NCBI RefSeq assembly: GCF_964188315.1 | Contig: NC_135669.1 | Coordinates: forward strand, 13,144,001-13,208,000 | Direction: 5' to 3' | DNA: 64,000 nucleotides | From: Podarcis muralis | Taxonomy: Eukaryota | Shown: in pieces, positions 47,192-60,290 of the stretch | How the letters are laid out: every line of letters starts with the position of its first letter | How positions within the stretch are numbered: position 1 is the stretch's first letter | Notes under the pieces: model-generated | What the model saw: the letters and a program-made list of their open reading frames with translations, nothing else | Told to the model about the DNA's origin: nothing | The model's database searches: none | Program-made: the position numbers and the translations under genes

Positions 47192-47416
47192 GTAAGGCTC
47201 TCTCTTGATGCGTTTTTTCCTGCCTACGTTTGTCTTGCTGCCTAACACTTTTGTCGGAAGTGCTTTTGTTATAAAATCCAGATGTTACAAAGAACCACCG
47301 AACCACCCCCAAAGCTGTTGGTGCCATGAAATGCATACTAAATCCTGCATGCCTTTCGTAGATTAGATTTGGTGGCAGCTTCCATCTTTGGTAGCAGTCC
47401 TTTGTCATTAGGTGAA

Positions 47417-47752
47417 TGAAATATACTCGGAGTCGAGTGTGGGATTTCATGCTCTTTATTTAGCTCATAGTAGCGAGGAATAGAAGTTTACCCAAACTGT
47501 CTGATTTATAGACATTATTTACACAATGGGCCCCACGTGATTGGCTAATTCCGGGATTCTCCTGTAGGCCAATCAGGTTGCGTATTCACTTCCACCTGGA
47601 GCTGGATTGGGTGGCTCCTGCGGACCAATCAGACTGCTGCATTCTGGATCCTATTGTTCTAGGACCAATCAGACTGCTGCATTCTGAATCCTATTGTTCT
47701 AGGACCAACCAGACTGCTGTATTTTGGATCCTATTCAACTCAGTACATAACA
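47417..47752 (-). mobile_element. Solo LTR in DDX25 intron 7
   Basis: TG...CA ends, 5-bp GTGAA duplication at 47412-47416 and 47753-47757, minus-strand AATAAA, 40-bp tandem repeats with CCAAT. Confidence 0.85.
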
Positions 47753-48184
47753 GTGAACTAAGTATCCACCTTTTAAATTTGCTTCCTCCGTTAAAAAAAA
47801 AAGATTTCTCACTTACCAAGATGTTTATGCCATGAAATAGCTCCCCCCCTCCAACCACCACTCTAGAATTGAGTGTAAACCAGGGTAGCCAGTGTTGTTG
47901 CCTGCAGGTGTTGTTTGGGCTGTAGCACCCATCAGCCTCATGGATCGCAGCCATTGTAGCAGATGATGGAAGTTGAAGCCCCAACAACTTTTGGATGGCA
48001 TTCTGCTGGTTATCCCTTGTCTTGGCTGCTGTGTCCGGACTCAACGGCGTGCTTCCTTCTTGCCCCTCCCTAATTTTTTAAACCTGGTTTCTCTGCTCCT
48101 ATGGCGAGCTTTTCTTGGAAGAGTGTATTCCAGCTGGGCCAGTCAACAGGGCATATGTTTACAGTTTGCATGCACTGCTTAAGT

Positions 48185-48551
48185 GGGACACGTATGGCAC
48201 TGTGATCTAAACCACTGAGCCTCTTGGGCTTGTCGGTGGTTCAAATTCCCACAATGGGGTGAGCTCCCGTTGCTCTGTCCCAGCTCCTGCCAACCTAGCA
48301 GTTCGAAAGCATGCCAGTGCAAGCAGATAAATAGGTACCACTGTGGCAGGAAGGTAAACAGTGTTTCCATGCGCTCTGATTTCCGTCACGGTGTTCCGTT
48401 GTGCCAGAAGTGGTTTAGTCCTGCTGGCCACATGACCCGGAAAGCTGTCTGTGGACAAACACCAGCTCCTTCGGCCTGAAAACAAGATGAGCACCACAAC
48501 CCCACAGTCGCCTTTGGCTGGACTTAACCATCCAGGGCTCCTTTACCTTTT
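48185..48551 (+). mobile_element. Sauria-type SINE
   Basis: ACTGCTTAAGT duplication. Confidence 0.85.
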
Positions 48552-49130
48552 ACTGCTTAAGTAAAGTGGAGAAAGAACTGCAGGAGATATATCTCCATGT
48601 TTCTTCTTGGCACTTGGTTTTCTGCAAAATGATGGAGATCCTTTAAGCCAGGAATGGGCAGGGGGGACACCTGTAGCCTTCCAGGTCTTGTCAGACTCCA
48701 ACTCCCGTCAGCCCCAGCTAGCATCCAGGAGGACAGTACTAGTAGTTGGACAGCCCCTTCTCTGATTTAAGCCTCAGGCCAAGCTTGTGCAATTGCAGTA
48801 AGCATCTGAACATCAGTTTTATATATTTAGCCCTGGCTCTTGTGCTTATTGTTATTGTAAGTGTGTCGAAGAGCCGGGAGTGTATCTTGCATCCTTGCAC
48901 CGGACACAACGTCCACATACACTGTTTACCTGTGCACTTGTGTCCCCCCCTCCATTGCATGTGGTTAACAAGCTGCAGGTTTGGGGGCCAAGGCTAGCAC
49001 CGTGATAACAAGAAGGGGGAGAAACAGCAGCTGTTACTCTCCAAAAATTAATTGCAATAACCCCAAATCTTTTTAGTTTAGCAAATGTGCCCTGGCTGAC
49101 ATAGCAAAAGTAACTCAATCTCTCTCCCAG

Positions 49131-49308
49131 TTCCAAGAGGGACTGTAGTGGAAGAACAGATAGTAATTGGAACCCCAGGAACTCTGCTAGATTGGTGTTT
49201 CAAGCTAAACCTTTTGAATCCAAAGAAGATCAAAGTATGTGTGCTGGATGAAGCAGATGTCATGATCGACAAACAGAATTACTCAGACCAGAGTGTCCGA
49301 ATTCAGAG
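49131..49308 (+). CDS. DDX25: DDX25 exon 8 (DEAD motif II)
   Basis: QIVIGTPGTLLDWCFKL...VCVLDEADVMID; 178 bp. Confidence 0.97.
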
Positions 49309-51044
49309 GTAAGACAGATGTTGGAGAAGTAACTTACTTCTTGGTGAAAGTCCTGCATGTAGAACTTTTCTAGACCTGCTCATCCCTGTTGGAGCATCTG
49401 GGAAGGTTTCTAACCACTTTATTTGTATTGATAGAACTTGCTTTTCCACTAATTTATTATTACTTTGGAGAAGGCATGCCCTATTGAAGACTTGTCTGTG
49501 CCGAAAGCGGCTTCAGATGTAGACCTAAGGGCTTTTGTGCGGTCATATTGCTGCCATGTAGAAACAATAGCATTCTCGCCTTTCTTCTTGTACGTGTAGA
49601 AGATTAACAGCCTAAGTTCCCCACGTGGGTTACAACAATTTAAAAATACAATATTAAAAACAGTTTAAAACCAATTACTGCCACAAGAATAGGATGGGAC
49701 CTTAAAATATTTACCTCAGGTGTCAAAAAGGCCAGGGTAAAGAGGTGCTTCTTCAGTATATGATGGAAGCTGTACAATGCCACCATTGCACAAATCAGTC
49801 CCATCATTTGATCCTCATGTCCCTAGACTGGCTCCCTGTCTGCTCAACACAAGCTCCTTGTCCCTGACTTGAGAGCCTCACAAGGCTCCCTGCCTCCCTT
49901 TCTGCTTTTATATCCTGATAATGTTCCTTAACGCGTCCTCTGCTTATCCAACTCCTCTCTCAAAGCCTTTGCCCTTTCTCAAGCCTTCTGGTGTCCCTCC
50001 TTTCCTGCCCCTAGTGTCCTAGGATGCCTCTCAACAAACCCTAAGCATTTGCAACTGAAACAGTCACCTCTGCCCTTCCTCTGTTCTTCCCCCGTGCTGT
50101 AAGCTCCTGGGCAGATGGCTTTCCCCTTGTGCCTGCAAAGCTCCATGTACCTGGACATTTAAGAAGGAAAAACCCCACTGTGATTTGGCTTTTATAATTG
50201 GTCTGTTAGCAGGATGGAAGACGCATAGGCAGGCAGTCTTTTTCCAGGTTCATGGAAGTGCCTGAGAGGTTCGATCAAGACCTTATTAATTGTAAATACT
50301 TCTATCTAGGAACGGAGTCTGTGGAATATGGTGCCAGGGGAGAAATTTGAGGGAGGCAGACGGGCAAAGACAACCTCAGAGCCTGCCCCCTTCCCCTCCT
50401 CCCAAGTCCCAAGAAATTCGTATCACTGCCCTCTTAGAAGAAACATCTTTCAGTGGGGCTGGTGCTTTGGTTTTGTGTTTATGTGGATCTGGCCTGTATC
50501 TTACATATGTTTTATATATATATAGAAATAGCTGATTTGAATTCTCTAGTTGAAAACTGAGAGGTAAACCTACTTATTAGGAATGAGTAGAAATACACTG
50601 CAAAGTCTCCCTTCTTACCTGGTAACAAGTGAGAACGAAGAGGGTTAGATGCTGCCTTCTACCAAGGCAGGCAGTTGGTCATGAAGCTCAGCTGACTAAG
50701 CTGTGGGCCTCAAGGCTTTCAGGCAGGAGTCTTTCCCAACCCTTCCTGAAGTTTGAACCTCGTATCTTCTGCATGCAAAGCACAGGCTGCATCGCTAGGC
50801 CGCAGCTGCTCCCCAGTGAGTTCAGTTCTAACAGGTAGGCAATCTTTGGCCTGCCTGATGTTTGCCAAACTCCCATCATCCCTGCCCAATGGCCATGCAT
50901 ACTGGGGCTGATGGGAGCTGTAGTTTGGCAACACCTGGAGGGTCCAAGGTCCCCAAACCTGATACATAAAGAGGCAAAAGATTCATGGCCATGATTTCTC
51001 TTGAGAATGAAATGCAGGCTGCTTTTTGTTTTCCTTCCTTCCAG

Positions 51045-51282
51045 AGCTTTAGACCCCGGTTGTCAGATGCTTCTCTTTTCCGCCACCTTTGAAGACCCTG
51101 TGCTGCTGTTTGCCCAGCGCATCGTCCCCGAACCCAATGTTATTAAGCTCCGCCGAGAGGAGCTGACCCTGAACAATATCAGGCAGTACTACTTTGAGTG
51201 TGAGAACAAGGAGGACAAATACAAAGCCCTGTGCAATATCTATGGCAGCATCACAGTCGGCCAAGCGATCATCTTTTGTCAG
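51045..51282 (+). CDS. DDX25: DDX25 exon 9 (motifs III, IV)
   Basis: CQMLLFSATF...EELTLNNIRQYY...NIYGSITVGQAIIFCQ; 238 bp. Confidence 0.97.
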
Positions 51283-51984
51283 GTAAGGTGCCCTTGAAAC
51301 ATTGAGGTAACCTGGGGCCCCAGAAAACGTCCGGAGAGTATATTTGGGGTGGGGAGGAGTGGTGGGCCCATGGGCTTGGGATGAAGATTTGCTGACTTCC
51401 AACCCAGTCTTACTAGTCAGATACTGTCTTACTAGTCAGTTACAGGTGGTGATCCTTTTGCGCAGGGGTTCGTTCCTGGACCCTGCACCCATCAACACAG
51501 CACATGTCAGCCAGTCCCGTCCCGCCCTCTTTCAGGTCCAAAAGGACTGCGTCGGCAGCCACGCTTCAATTGGACTAGTGCAAAACGGTCGCCACCTATA
51601 CTTTGGGGGGTCCAGAGTGGGAGGGTAAATGACTCAGGACTGCAATACGTCACAGACTGCCTCTTTCCATATGAACCTACCTGGACCCTGAGATCATCTT
51701 CTGAGGCCCTCCGTGTACCGCCACCTCAAAAGGGCCAGAGGGTGGCAACACGAGAACGGGCCTTCTCTGCAGTGGCTCCTTGTCTGTGGAATGCTCTCCC
51801 CAGAAAAATTCTCCTGGTGCCTTCGTTATACACTTTTAGGCACCAGGAAAAAGCATTCCCTTTTAAGCAGGCCTTTGGTTGATCTGATTTACATCCTATG
51901 CCCTTTTAAAATGTGTTTTTTTTTTGTGGGGGACTATTGGGTTTTTATTATGTATTTTGTGGTTTTGTATCTTATATCTTTATT

Positions 51985-51993
51985 TTATCTATC

Positions 51994-52033
<40 letters not shown>

Positions 52034-52035
52034 CT
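51985..52035. repeat. (ATCT)n microsatellite
   Basis: Direct reading. Confidence 0.9.
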
Positions 52036-52500
52036 TTATATATTTATCTTAATTTTATTCTGTGAACCGCCCTGAGACCCCCGCGTATAGGACGGTATAT
52101 AAATTCAATTAATAATAATACAGTGGTATCTTGGTTTAAGAACAGCTTAGTTTATGAACAACTTAAATTAAGAACGCTGCAAACCCGGAAGTAGGCATTT
52201 TGATTTGTGAACTTTGCCTTGGAAGCAGAACATGTTTCGCTTCCTGTTGAGTGTGTTGCATTTGTAAATTGAGTCTCCCGCTGCTGTGGGAAAGCACGCC
52301 TTAGTTTAAGAATGCTTTGATTTAAGAACAGACTTCTGCAATGGATTAAGTTCATAAACCAAGGTACCACTGTAATAATAAATATAAATGGCTCAAGGCT
52401 AAATTCCTAAAAGCTGGACCTGCCAGAACAGAAATGTTGGTGTCATTGCAGGGAAGGCCATGACCTTGTGTGTCTCTTTTTTCCTGTGTTCCTTTGGCAG

Positions 52501-52663
52501 ACTCGTAAAAATGCCAAATGGCTTCACTGGGCTCTGTCGAACGATGGGCACCAAGTATCCCTGTTGAGTGGGGAGCTCTCTGTCGAAGAGCGTGCAGACG
52601 TGATCCAGAAGTTTCGCGATGGGAAAGATAAAGTCCTCATCACAACCAATGTCTGCGCCAGAG
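52501..52663 (+). CDS. DDX25: DDX25 exon 10
   Basis: TRKNAKWL...DGHQVSLLSGEL...KVLITTNVCARG; 163 bp. Confidence 0.97.
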
Positions 52664-52743
52664 GTAATGACTTGGACAAGCAAAAGCAAGGTGGATACTT
52701 GCTCCTTCAGCAGGAAGTGACCTTGTTTTGTGTCGCCTCGTAG

Positions 52744-52932
52744 GCATCGACGTGAAGCAGGTCACGATCGTTGTCAACTTTAGCCTGCCTACGACGACGC
52801 CCTGGCTGCCTGACTACGAGACCTACCTGCACCGCATAGGCCGAGCAGGTCGCTTTGGAAAGAAGGGTCTGGCGTTCAATATGGTCGAAAGCCATAATCT
52901 ACCACTTGTCTATGCAATTCAAGACCACTTCA
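52744..52932 (+). CDS. DDX25: DDX25 exon 11 (motif VI)
   Basis: [15 protein letters not shown]...[25 protein letters not shown]; 189 bp. Confidence 0.97.
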
Positions 52933-53891
52933 GTGAGCATGATATTTTCATGTGACTTAATAGTGCAGAAAGTTAGACATCGGGTTAGGGTAATCGGGGT
53001 TTGAATCTCTGCTCAGAAACATGCTCACTGGCTTTTAGCCTCTGAATTAGCTATAATTGGGAATTAAAAAGGTTGCACAGCAGTGGAAAAGAGAGAGAGA
53101 GGCTGAATTATAGTTGGGCATTTTTCCTGCCAGAAATGACTTGGTCTATTGCCTAGACAAATAACAGCATTTTAAAATAATTAAACTTTCAACATAGCAG
53201 CAGAACTACATTTTTAACCATTTGATACATACCCGAATTAACTAGACCAAATTCTTTATTGCATGCATCACATGCCTTTTCTTCAGGATGGTTAAGGTAG
53301 TTATTCATTTTTATTTATTCAAAAGCATTTATAAACTAATAATTAAAAAAAACTTTCAGCAGTGTACAATGTAATAATAATTCAGTATTATTAAAACAAA
53401 AAAACATCCTGGAATCAATAACAGGGTACCATACATGGCTGTCCCCTTTTTGCACACAACAACCTTGAGAGAGGCAGGAAAGATCACGAGATGGTGTCTG
53501 GCATGCTTCGCTTTGGTTAGGAGGCAGGCTCACGTTGCTTCATAGCTGCTTGGTGGGTCTGAAATGTCCTGGTCCAACACCCTAACCTAATGACTCCTCA
53601 AGTTGGCTAATTTCATGGGTTGAGAATATTAGGAGAAAATTCTGCCGAGTTGCCCTTTTCTTTCCATGCCATCTATTTTCTCAGACAAAGGTTGCCTTTA
53701 AAAATGTTGTCCCAGCCGTATCACAAGCATCTGTTGATCTCTCCGTCCACCGTGTGGGATTATTGTGACTCAGAGAGCAGAACAGGCCCAGAGTATTAGT
53801 CGCCCTCCCTGTGACCAGTGGCTTGTGAAGGGCTGAGTCCTTCTTTCTGCAATGGGATCCTCCTCCTAGCAAAAATGTCTTTCCTTTTCAG

Positions 53892-53953
53892 AGACTACCA
53901 TCAAGTGCCTCGATCCAGAGGATATGGAAGCACTGGAAAAAATAGACGACTGA
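53892..53953 (+). CDS. DDX25: DDX25 last coding exon
   Basis: TTIKCLDPEDMEALEKIDD*; TTTTCAG acceptor; the DDX25-over-DDX19 call rests on [22 protein letters not shown] and synteny with PUS3/HYLS1. Confidence 0.92.
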
Positions 53954-54694
53954 ATTCTTCTACGGCTTGAAGGGGAAATGGTGGCTTTCCAGAATACGGC
54001 TGGGCTCAATCTCCCAATTTTCCCTAGCCTGCATCGAAAGGAGCAAGGGATGGTGGGAGTTGGAGTCGAGCACGTTTGGAGGGCCTCAGGTTACCCATCC
54101 TAGAGAGTTCTGTAATGTTAAACCACTTTTCAGACGATGCTGATATTTTGTCAGAATAATAATAATAATTAAAAAACAAAACTCATTACTTGCCCTTGGG
54201 TTTCTTTTGCTTGCACCAACTATTAAGACACATCAGATGTCTTGTGTGTTTGGAAGAGCTATCCCTGAGTGCCTTTAATACTGCCTCCAGGCCACGTATG
54301 TGCCCTTTGGCGCTGCTATAGATATGAACTGCTGTGATTTGTGATCTCCCTTGAGAGAAATGGGCTCTCTCTTAGGGATACAGCCTGCACGTGATATAAT
54401 TCCATCCCCTGGTTCAGTCTGTAGCTCTCGTAATGTCAAGTGCTCAGATCTTTGCGTGTAATAAAATGGGACTCCTTGAGTGCTTCCCAATATGCAATAT
54501 TAATTGGTGTCAGCGGAGGTAAATTTAAAGATTAATGAAGTGAATAGACCTCCACATTTCAGTAAAAGCGGAATGAGCAAGTTTATTATTACTGGTGATT
54601 AAGCTACCAGCCTCTAGATGTCAGTGGCTCCTTTCACTTAATTTTGTGCCCTAGGCAAATCAGTTTTGACTTCAGAAATGTGTGATGTATGGAT

Positions 54695-54775
54695 GGAAGG
54701 AAGGAAGAAAGGAAGGAAGGAAGGAAGGAAGGAAGGAATTAAAGAAAGAGGGAGGGAGGGAGGAAGGAAGAAGGG
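54695..54775. repeat. (GGAA)n purine-rich repeat
   Basis: Direct reading. Confidence 0.9.
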
Positions 54776-55281
54776 GCTCCTACCCCAGGCCCCTTAAAAT
54801 ATGCAATTCGGCAAGGGTTTCAGCTTCTTTCAGTGATCAGTTGCCACCAGTTCGGAGCCAGGGGCAGAAAAGTGACAGTTCTTAGAGCTTTTCATTTTGG
54901 GAGCAGAATCCACAAATGCAAAAAGGGAACCAATTGGATCATGGGGCATAATTGAAGACAGCAGCCCTCAGAATGCTTCTTTGGCCAGAGACTTCATTCA
55001 CTCAGCAAGGTGGGACTTACTCTTGAGTCGGCCTGTATGAAGATTAGGCAGGCAAGTTCATCTCAGCCAGGTGAAGGCATTTTGCTGAATATGGTAGACA
55101 AGATGCTCCTTTCCTAATATGGCAGCCTAATTGCACCAGCAGTTGAATATTCAGCGCTGGGGACAGAATAGCATCTTCCATGGCAACAGAGGACAGCTGG
55201 GGAGGCCCATGGCTTGTACGGATCTCTTTCCCATCCTTCATGCTCACAGCCTGGGGAGTCCGCCTCACCTTTATTATAATA

Positions 55282-55532
55282 CAGGGGCCAGCAAACTTGT
55301 TCAGCAGGGGGCCAGTCCACTGTCCCTCAGACCTTGTGGTGGGCCGGACTATATTTTGAAAGGAAAAAAAGAACGAATTCCTATGCCCAACAAATAACCC
55401 AGAGATGCATTTTAAATAAAAGCACACATTCTGTTCATGCAAAAAGACGCTGATTCATGGACCATCCGCGGGCCGGATTTAGAAGGTGATTGGGGCGGAT
55501 ATGGCCCCCGGGCCTTAGTTTGCCTACCCATG
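55282..55532. mobile_element. hAT MITE
   Basis: TTATAATA/TTCTAATA 8-bp duplication. Confidence 0.8.
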
Positions 55533-57949
55533 TTCTAATACTAGGATTTCATAAAGAAACGCACAGACCTAGTAGGAAAGTGACAACTAACAGTGTCGTT
55601 TGGGTGTGACTTGAGCTGAAAATATTAGCAGGCAATATTAGTCAACAATTTGGTGCCTGCCAGAGTCTTCCTTGTTCCCCCTGGGATGAACCATATTCTC
55701 CAGGTTCCCAGATTTCTTACTTTTTGAAAACAAGTAATTTTCTAGCATTTTTAGAACCTGAGGTACCCGGCAATATGTACAGACACAACTCTTCCCCATT
55801 TTAAATGGGAAATTAACCCGCAACACCCTTTCGGTGTTTCAGTTTGTCGCCCCTTGAGAAAATTTGCTGCACACATCCCCATTTTGGAGGATGGGGGTAG
55901 AAAATAAGGTGGCAGTGGGGGGGGGGAGAGAGATAACCCTACCCCCCTCCCACTCCTTTGGCATTGGTCTCGTCCACACCTGGTCTGAGAGATGCAAACT
56001 TTCCCTTTCAAAAATACAGTTTTCTAGATTTCTATTTTTTTTATTGAATTCATTGTGAGCTAGCAGCTGCTTCTGTGCCCTTTGGGTCTTCTTGGGAGTT
56101 GCCAACTGTCTGGGGGCATGCCAGCCCTGCTCTGATGCCTTTTAATGGCTTGGTCTGCAGAAACCTTTTCACAGCATGCAGGTAAACACTGTCTTCTCCT
56201 GTTCTCTAGGTGGAGCGGCTGTTCAAGATACAGGGCAATAAAAAGATGGCAACCACCTTGTTTTTTAGAGGACAATGAATGTTGAACGCAGTGTAGCAAC
56301 AGCATCTTGAAGAGGGTTTGCAAAAAATAACCCCAGGGCAACTCGTAAAAGATGTTTATGCTGAAATCGTCCTTTTAATATACAGTGGTACCTCAGGCTA
56401 CAGACGCTTCAGGCTACAGACGCTTCAGGTTACAGACTCCGCTAACCCAGAAATAGTACCTTGGGTTAAGAACTTTGCTTCAGGATGAGAACAGAAATCG
56501 TTCTCCAATGGCGCGGCGGCAGCAGGAGGCCCCATTAGCTAAAGTGGTGCTTCAGGTTAAGAACAATTTCAGGTTAAGAACGGACCTCCAGAATGAATTA
56601 AGTACTTAACCCGAGGTACCACTGTACAGTCATACCTCAGGTTGAAGTAGCTTCGGGATGAATATTTTCAGGTTGCGCTCCGCGGTGACCCGGAAGTAAA
56701 GGAGTGTGTTACTTCCGGGTTTCGCCGCTCACGCATGCGCAGACGCTCAAAATGATGTCATGCGCAGAAGCTGTGAAGCATGACCCGCGCAGCCGCGTCT
56801 TACATTTACTTCAGGATGCGAACGGGGCTCCGGAATGGATCCCGCTCGTATGCAGAGGTACCACTGTATTGAAAAGTTGCTTAATAAAAAAAGATTTGAC
56901 ATGATCCTAGAAAAGAAAAGAAAAAAAGAGAGACAAGACATGCAAACTTGCAATTCCTCTCCGGCTGCCTCTGATCTTCAGCTGCACAAAGTGACAATCG
57001 TGGCAGTGGGTCTTCCGCGGGTCTTGGCGCCCTGGCAAATGCTCAGCCTTGCCATTCTCTGGATATAAGGCACCTTCCTTGGGGGCTTCAGATTAAGCCT
57101 CATGCTCCTTCCAGCATCACTTCCGTGTCCTTTGCACAGCCATCCATTGTCCTGGCAGAATTGTAAATACGTGAGCCTCTCTGACTATGTTCTGATCAGT
57201 CCATGGTACTTATTTCAAGTAGTAAAATCTCATATCAGAAGCAGCCCTACATCTTAAAATGTGATTGTAATTAAAGGAGCATGAAAGAAATGCAACCACC
57301 AAATGTATTTGATGAAACGAAGTACAAGCGCTTCCTTTGTGGCCCTCTTTTGCAGAAAAGTACAACCTTCCCTTGTTTCCCAGCCCCATTTGACACATCA
57401 TTATCCCTCTGCCATCTCTAGCCAAAACAGTCTGTAATAAAAGGGAATTAAGAATGATTACCGAGGAGTCACACTGCTTCTCGGCTGCCAAATTGTTTCT
57501 TACAAATTACAATGTATTATTTTGTTTTCTCACTGAAGTATTTTTATTAGGTCGGGCTCTTGACAATTTTGTCATTTGCTGGATTGGCCAGCACCCCCCA
57601 CCCCACCCCGCCAACTTCATCTTTGCTCATTTCTCTCCTGCCCCACACCCCTCAAAGACGGGTCTGTACTCTATTAGAACAAATCTAGAAGGACTCCTTT
57701 GCAAAATGACTCTGCAGACACTTTGGTCCCTATCTGCACTATGCATTTAAAACAGTATCAGGCCACTTTAAACCATCATGGTTTCCCCCAAGGCATCCTG
57801 GGAAGGGGCTGAGAGTTGTTAGGAGACCCCTGTTCCCCTCACACAGCAACAATTTCCAGAATTCCCTGGGAAAAGGGGTTTATAGTTTAACCGCTCTGAG
57901 AATTGAAGCTCTGTGAATAGGGGTTTCCTAACCACTCTGGGTTAATCCT

Positions 57950-58327
57950 GGGACGCAGGTGGCCTTGGGACGCGGGTGGCGCTGTGGTGCAAACCACAGA
58001 GCCTAGGACTTGCTGATCAGAAGGTCGGCGGTTCGAATCCCCACGACGGGGTGAGCTCCCGTTGCTCGGTCCCAGCTCCTGCCAACCTAGCAGTTCGAAA
58101 GCACGTCAAAGTGCAAGTAGATAAATAGGTACCACTCCAGCGGGAAGGTAAACGGTGTTTCCGTGCGCTGCTCTGGTTTCGCCAGAAGTGGCTTAGTCAT
58201 GCTGGCCACATGACCTGGAAGCTGTCTGCTGACAAACGCCAGCTTCCTCAGCCAGAAAAGCAAGATGAGCGCCACAACCCCGGAGTCATTTGCAACTGGA
58301 GTTAACTGTCAGGGGTCATTTACCTTT
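57950..58327 (+). mobile_element. Sauria-type SINE with duplicated 17-bp head
   Basis: TGGGACGCAGGTGGCCT TGGGACGCGGGTGGCG... Confidence 0.85.
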
Positions 58328-59677
58328 TAACCACTCTTAGCACCCTTAACACACTACAGTTCCAAATATCCTTTGGTGGAAGCCATGGCTATTAAAGTCG
58401 GATGATAGTGCTTTAAATGTGAGGTGCTCCAAACTAGGATGCAAATGTGACTTTTTTCTGGTCCATATTGCAATATGCTCAGCCACAAATCCATTCCATC
58501 TTGTCTCTACATTGAGATTTAAAAAGGAAAACTTAAGGCTCATCTGCACTGACCTTGGCTGTGGATCAGAAGCTCCTTGCATCTAAATTAAATTGGCATT
58601 GTCTACATATTGTCGGCCTCAATCGGCACCCATCTCACTCCTTTTCAACAGTAAATTTGGATTTCTCCAGCTGTAAACATACCCATAAACAGGCAGCGTT
58701 TATGCTGCACGATTTTTCAGGTGTGAACGTATCAGTATGAATGCTCAGTAAGGACCCCATCTGGAAGTTCTGTGTGTATTTTATTGGTGTTGTTTAAAGG
58801 CTATTATGGTAAACCTTAAAATCATTTGTGGTGAAAGGTGGGGTAAACCCTGTCAGGTTTTGCATCCCTGTTGCCTTCAGAAAATCAGTCAATTGTATCC
58901 AGTGTAATACTAAGATCTGACTGACTGCAGTGAATGGACATGATTCATTTAGGTCCATGAATGTCAGTGGGTCTAAACTGAGTCAACTGATTAAGAATGC
59001 GGTAATTTTATAGGTTTGATTTCCTGTCTGAATAAGAGGAAGCCTCTAATGAAAATACCTTTGAACCTTTGTGGCATTGCACCATGCTTGAGACAGCACA
59101 AAGAGTGGGCACATGACACAGCCAGCTTGGTGAAGCTAACCAGGCCTTGCTCTGGTCAGTGTCTGAATGGCACCAAGCACAATTGCATGTATGCCACCTC
59201 AGGTTCTGTGATGGAAGGAAGGCAGACTAAATAAAGTAAATTACAGAAGAATGTTGGTCATGGAGAAAGACCTTCCCTGGATAATATAGTGCTATATTTG
59301 TTTTTGGGTGATGTCGGCACACACTGGTCATAGTTGGCAACCTCTTGGAACAGATATTCCATTCTGTGCATGAGAGAAGGGAAAATACAGCTTTGAAGAT
59401 GACATTTGCCATCTGCAGTTTCACTAAGTAAACGTATTTTTAAATCCGCTGTCTGATTAATGGGGGGCGGGGAAGGATCTTTTCAGTTAAGCAAGAGGCT
59501 TTAAACCAATTAAACAAAGCAGCCCTTATTAAGAGCACTAAGGATGCAAAATGGGCTGGCACCAGAGCTCTGTGTCACTGGGAACCTGCCAAGACCCACA
59601 CAGCCCAGAGATGGGGATCACTGCTGAACTCTGGAGCTGCCTCCTCTCTGTTGCTGCCTGTGCAGCTCGTTTTTTAA

Positions 59678-60290
59678 CAATCAATCAATCAATTAATTAA
59701 TTAATTAATTAGGCTTTCCAAATTACAGTTTTACAATCACATATCCAACATACAACCTAAAAACAAGATTCCAAAGTATCTCCTGGACTTTCCTCCTTCC
59801 CTTTGTGGGTCCTATTGTTAGTCATTTCCTCCTGCATCTTTTATATTAATCCAAATCTTTCACATCTCCATTAGATCCGAAATTCACCTTTAAACTGCAA
59901 GTGTCATTCCAATCCTACTAATGATTTTAACTGTTTACAATGGTTTTTAAGATAAATTATAAATTTCCCCCATTCTTTATTAAGAAATTTGTCTTCCTGA
60001 TTTCTTATTCTTCCGGTCATTTTTTGCCATTTCGGCATAACCCATCAACTTGATCTGCCATTCTTATCTGTCAGGGGCTTTATCTTGTTTCGATCTCTGG
60101 GCCAATAATATCTGCGCAGCCGTGGTCACATACATAAATAGCATTTTCTGCTCCCTTGCGATTTTGGCACCTAAAATTCCTAAAAGAAAGGCTTCAGGTT
60201 TTTAAAGAAAAAGTTATTTAAAACATTTTTTTCACTTCTCTATATATATTGTTTCCCAAAATCCTTTTACTACCTGTTATTTCTGAGTGT
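59678..60290 (-). mobile_element. L1-clade LINE 3' fragment
   Basis: Degraded KPEAFLLGI...FMYVTTAAQILLAQ...WQIKLMGYAEMAK and a (TTAA/TTGA)n tail. Confidence 0.8.

Noticed and set aside
47622-47735. Regular 40-bp repeats suggestive of a CRISPR array
   Set aside because: Contiguous tandem repeats without spacers, inside a eukaryotic LTR.
41688-53953. Alternative identification as DDX19
   Set aside because: Diagnostic residues ([30 protein letters not shown]) and the position next to PUS3/HYLS1 favour DDX25.
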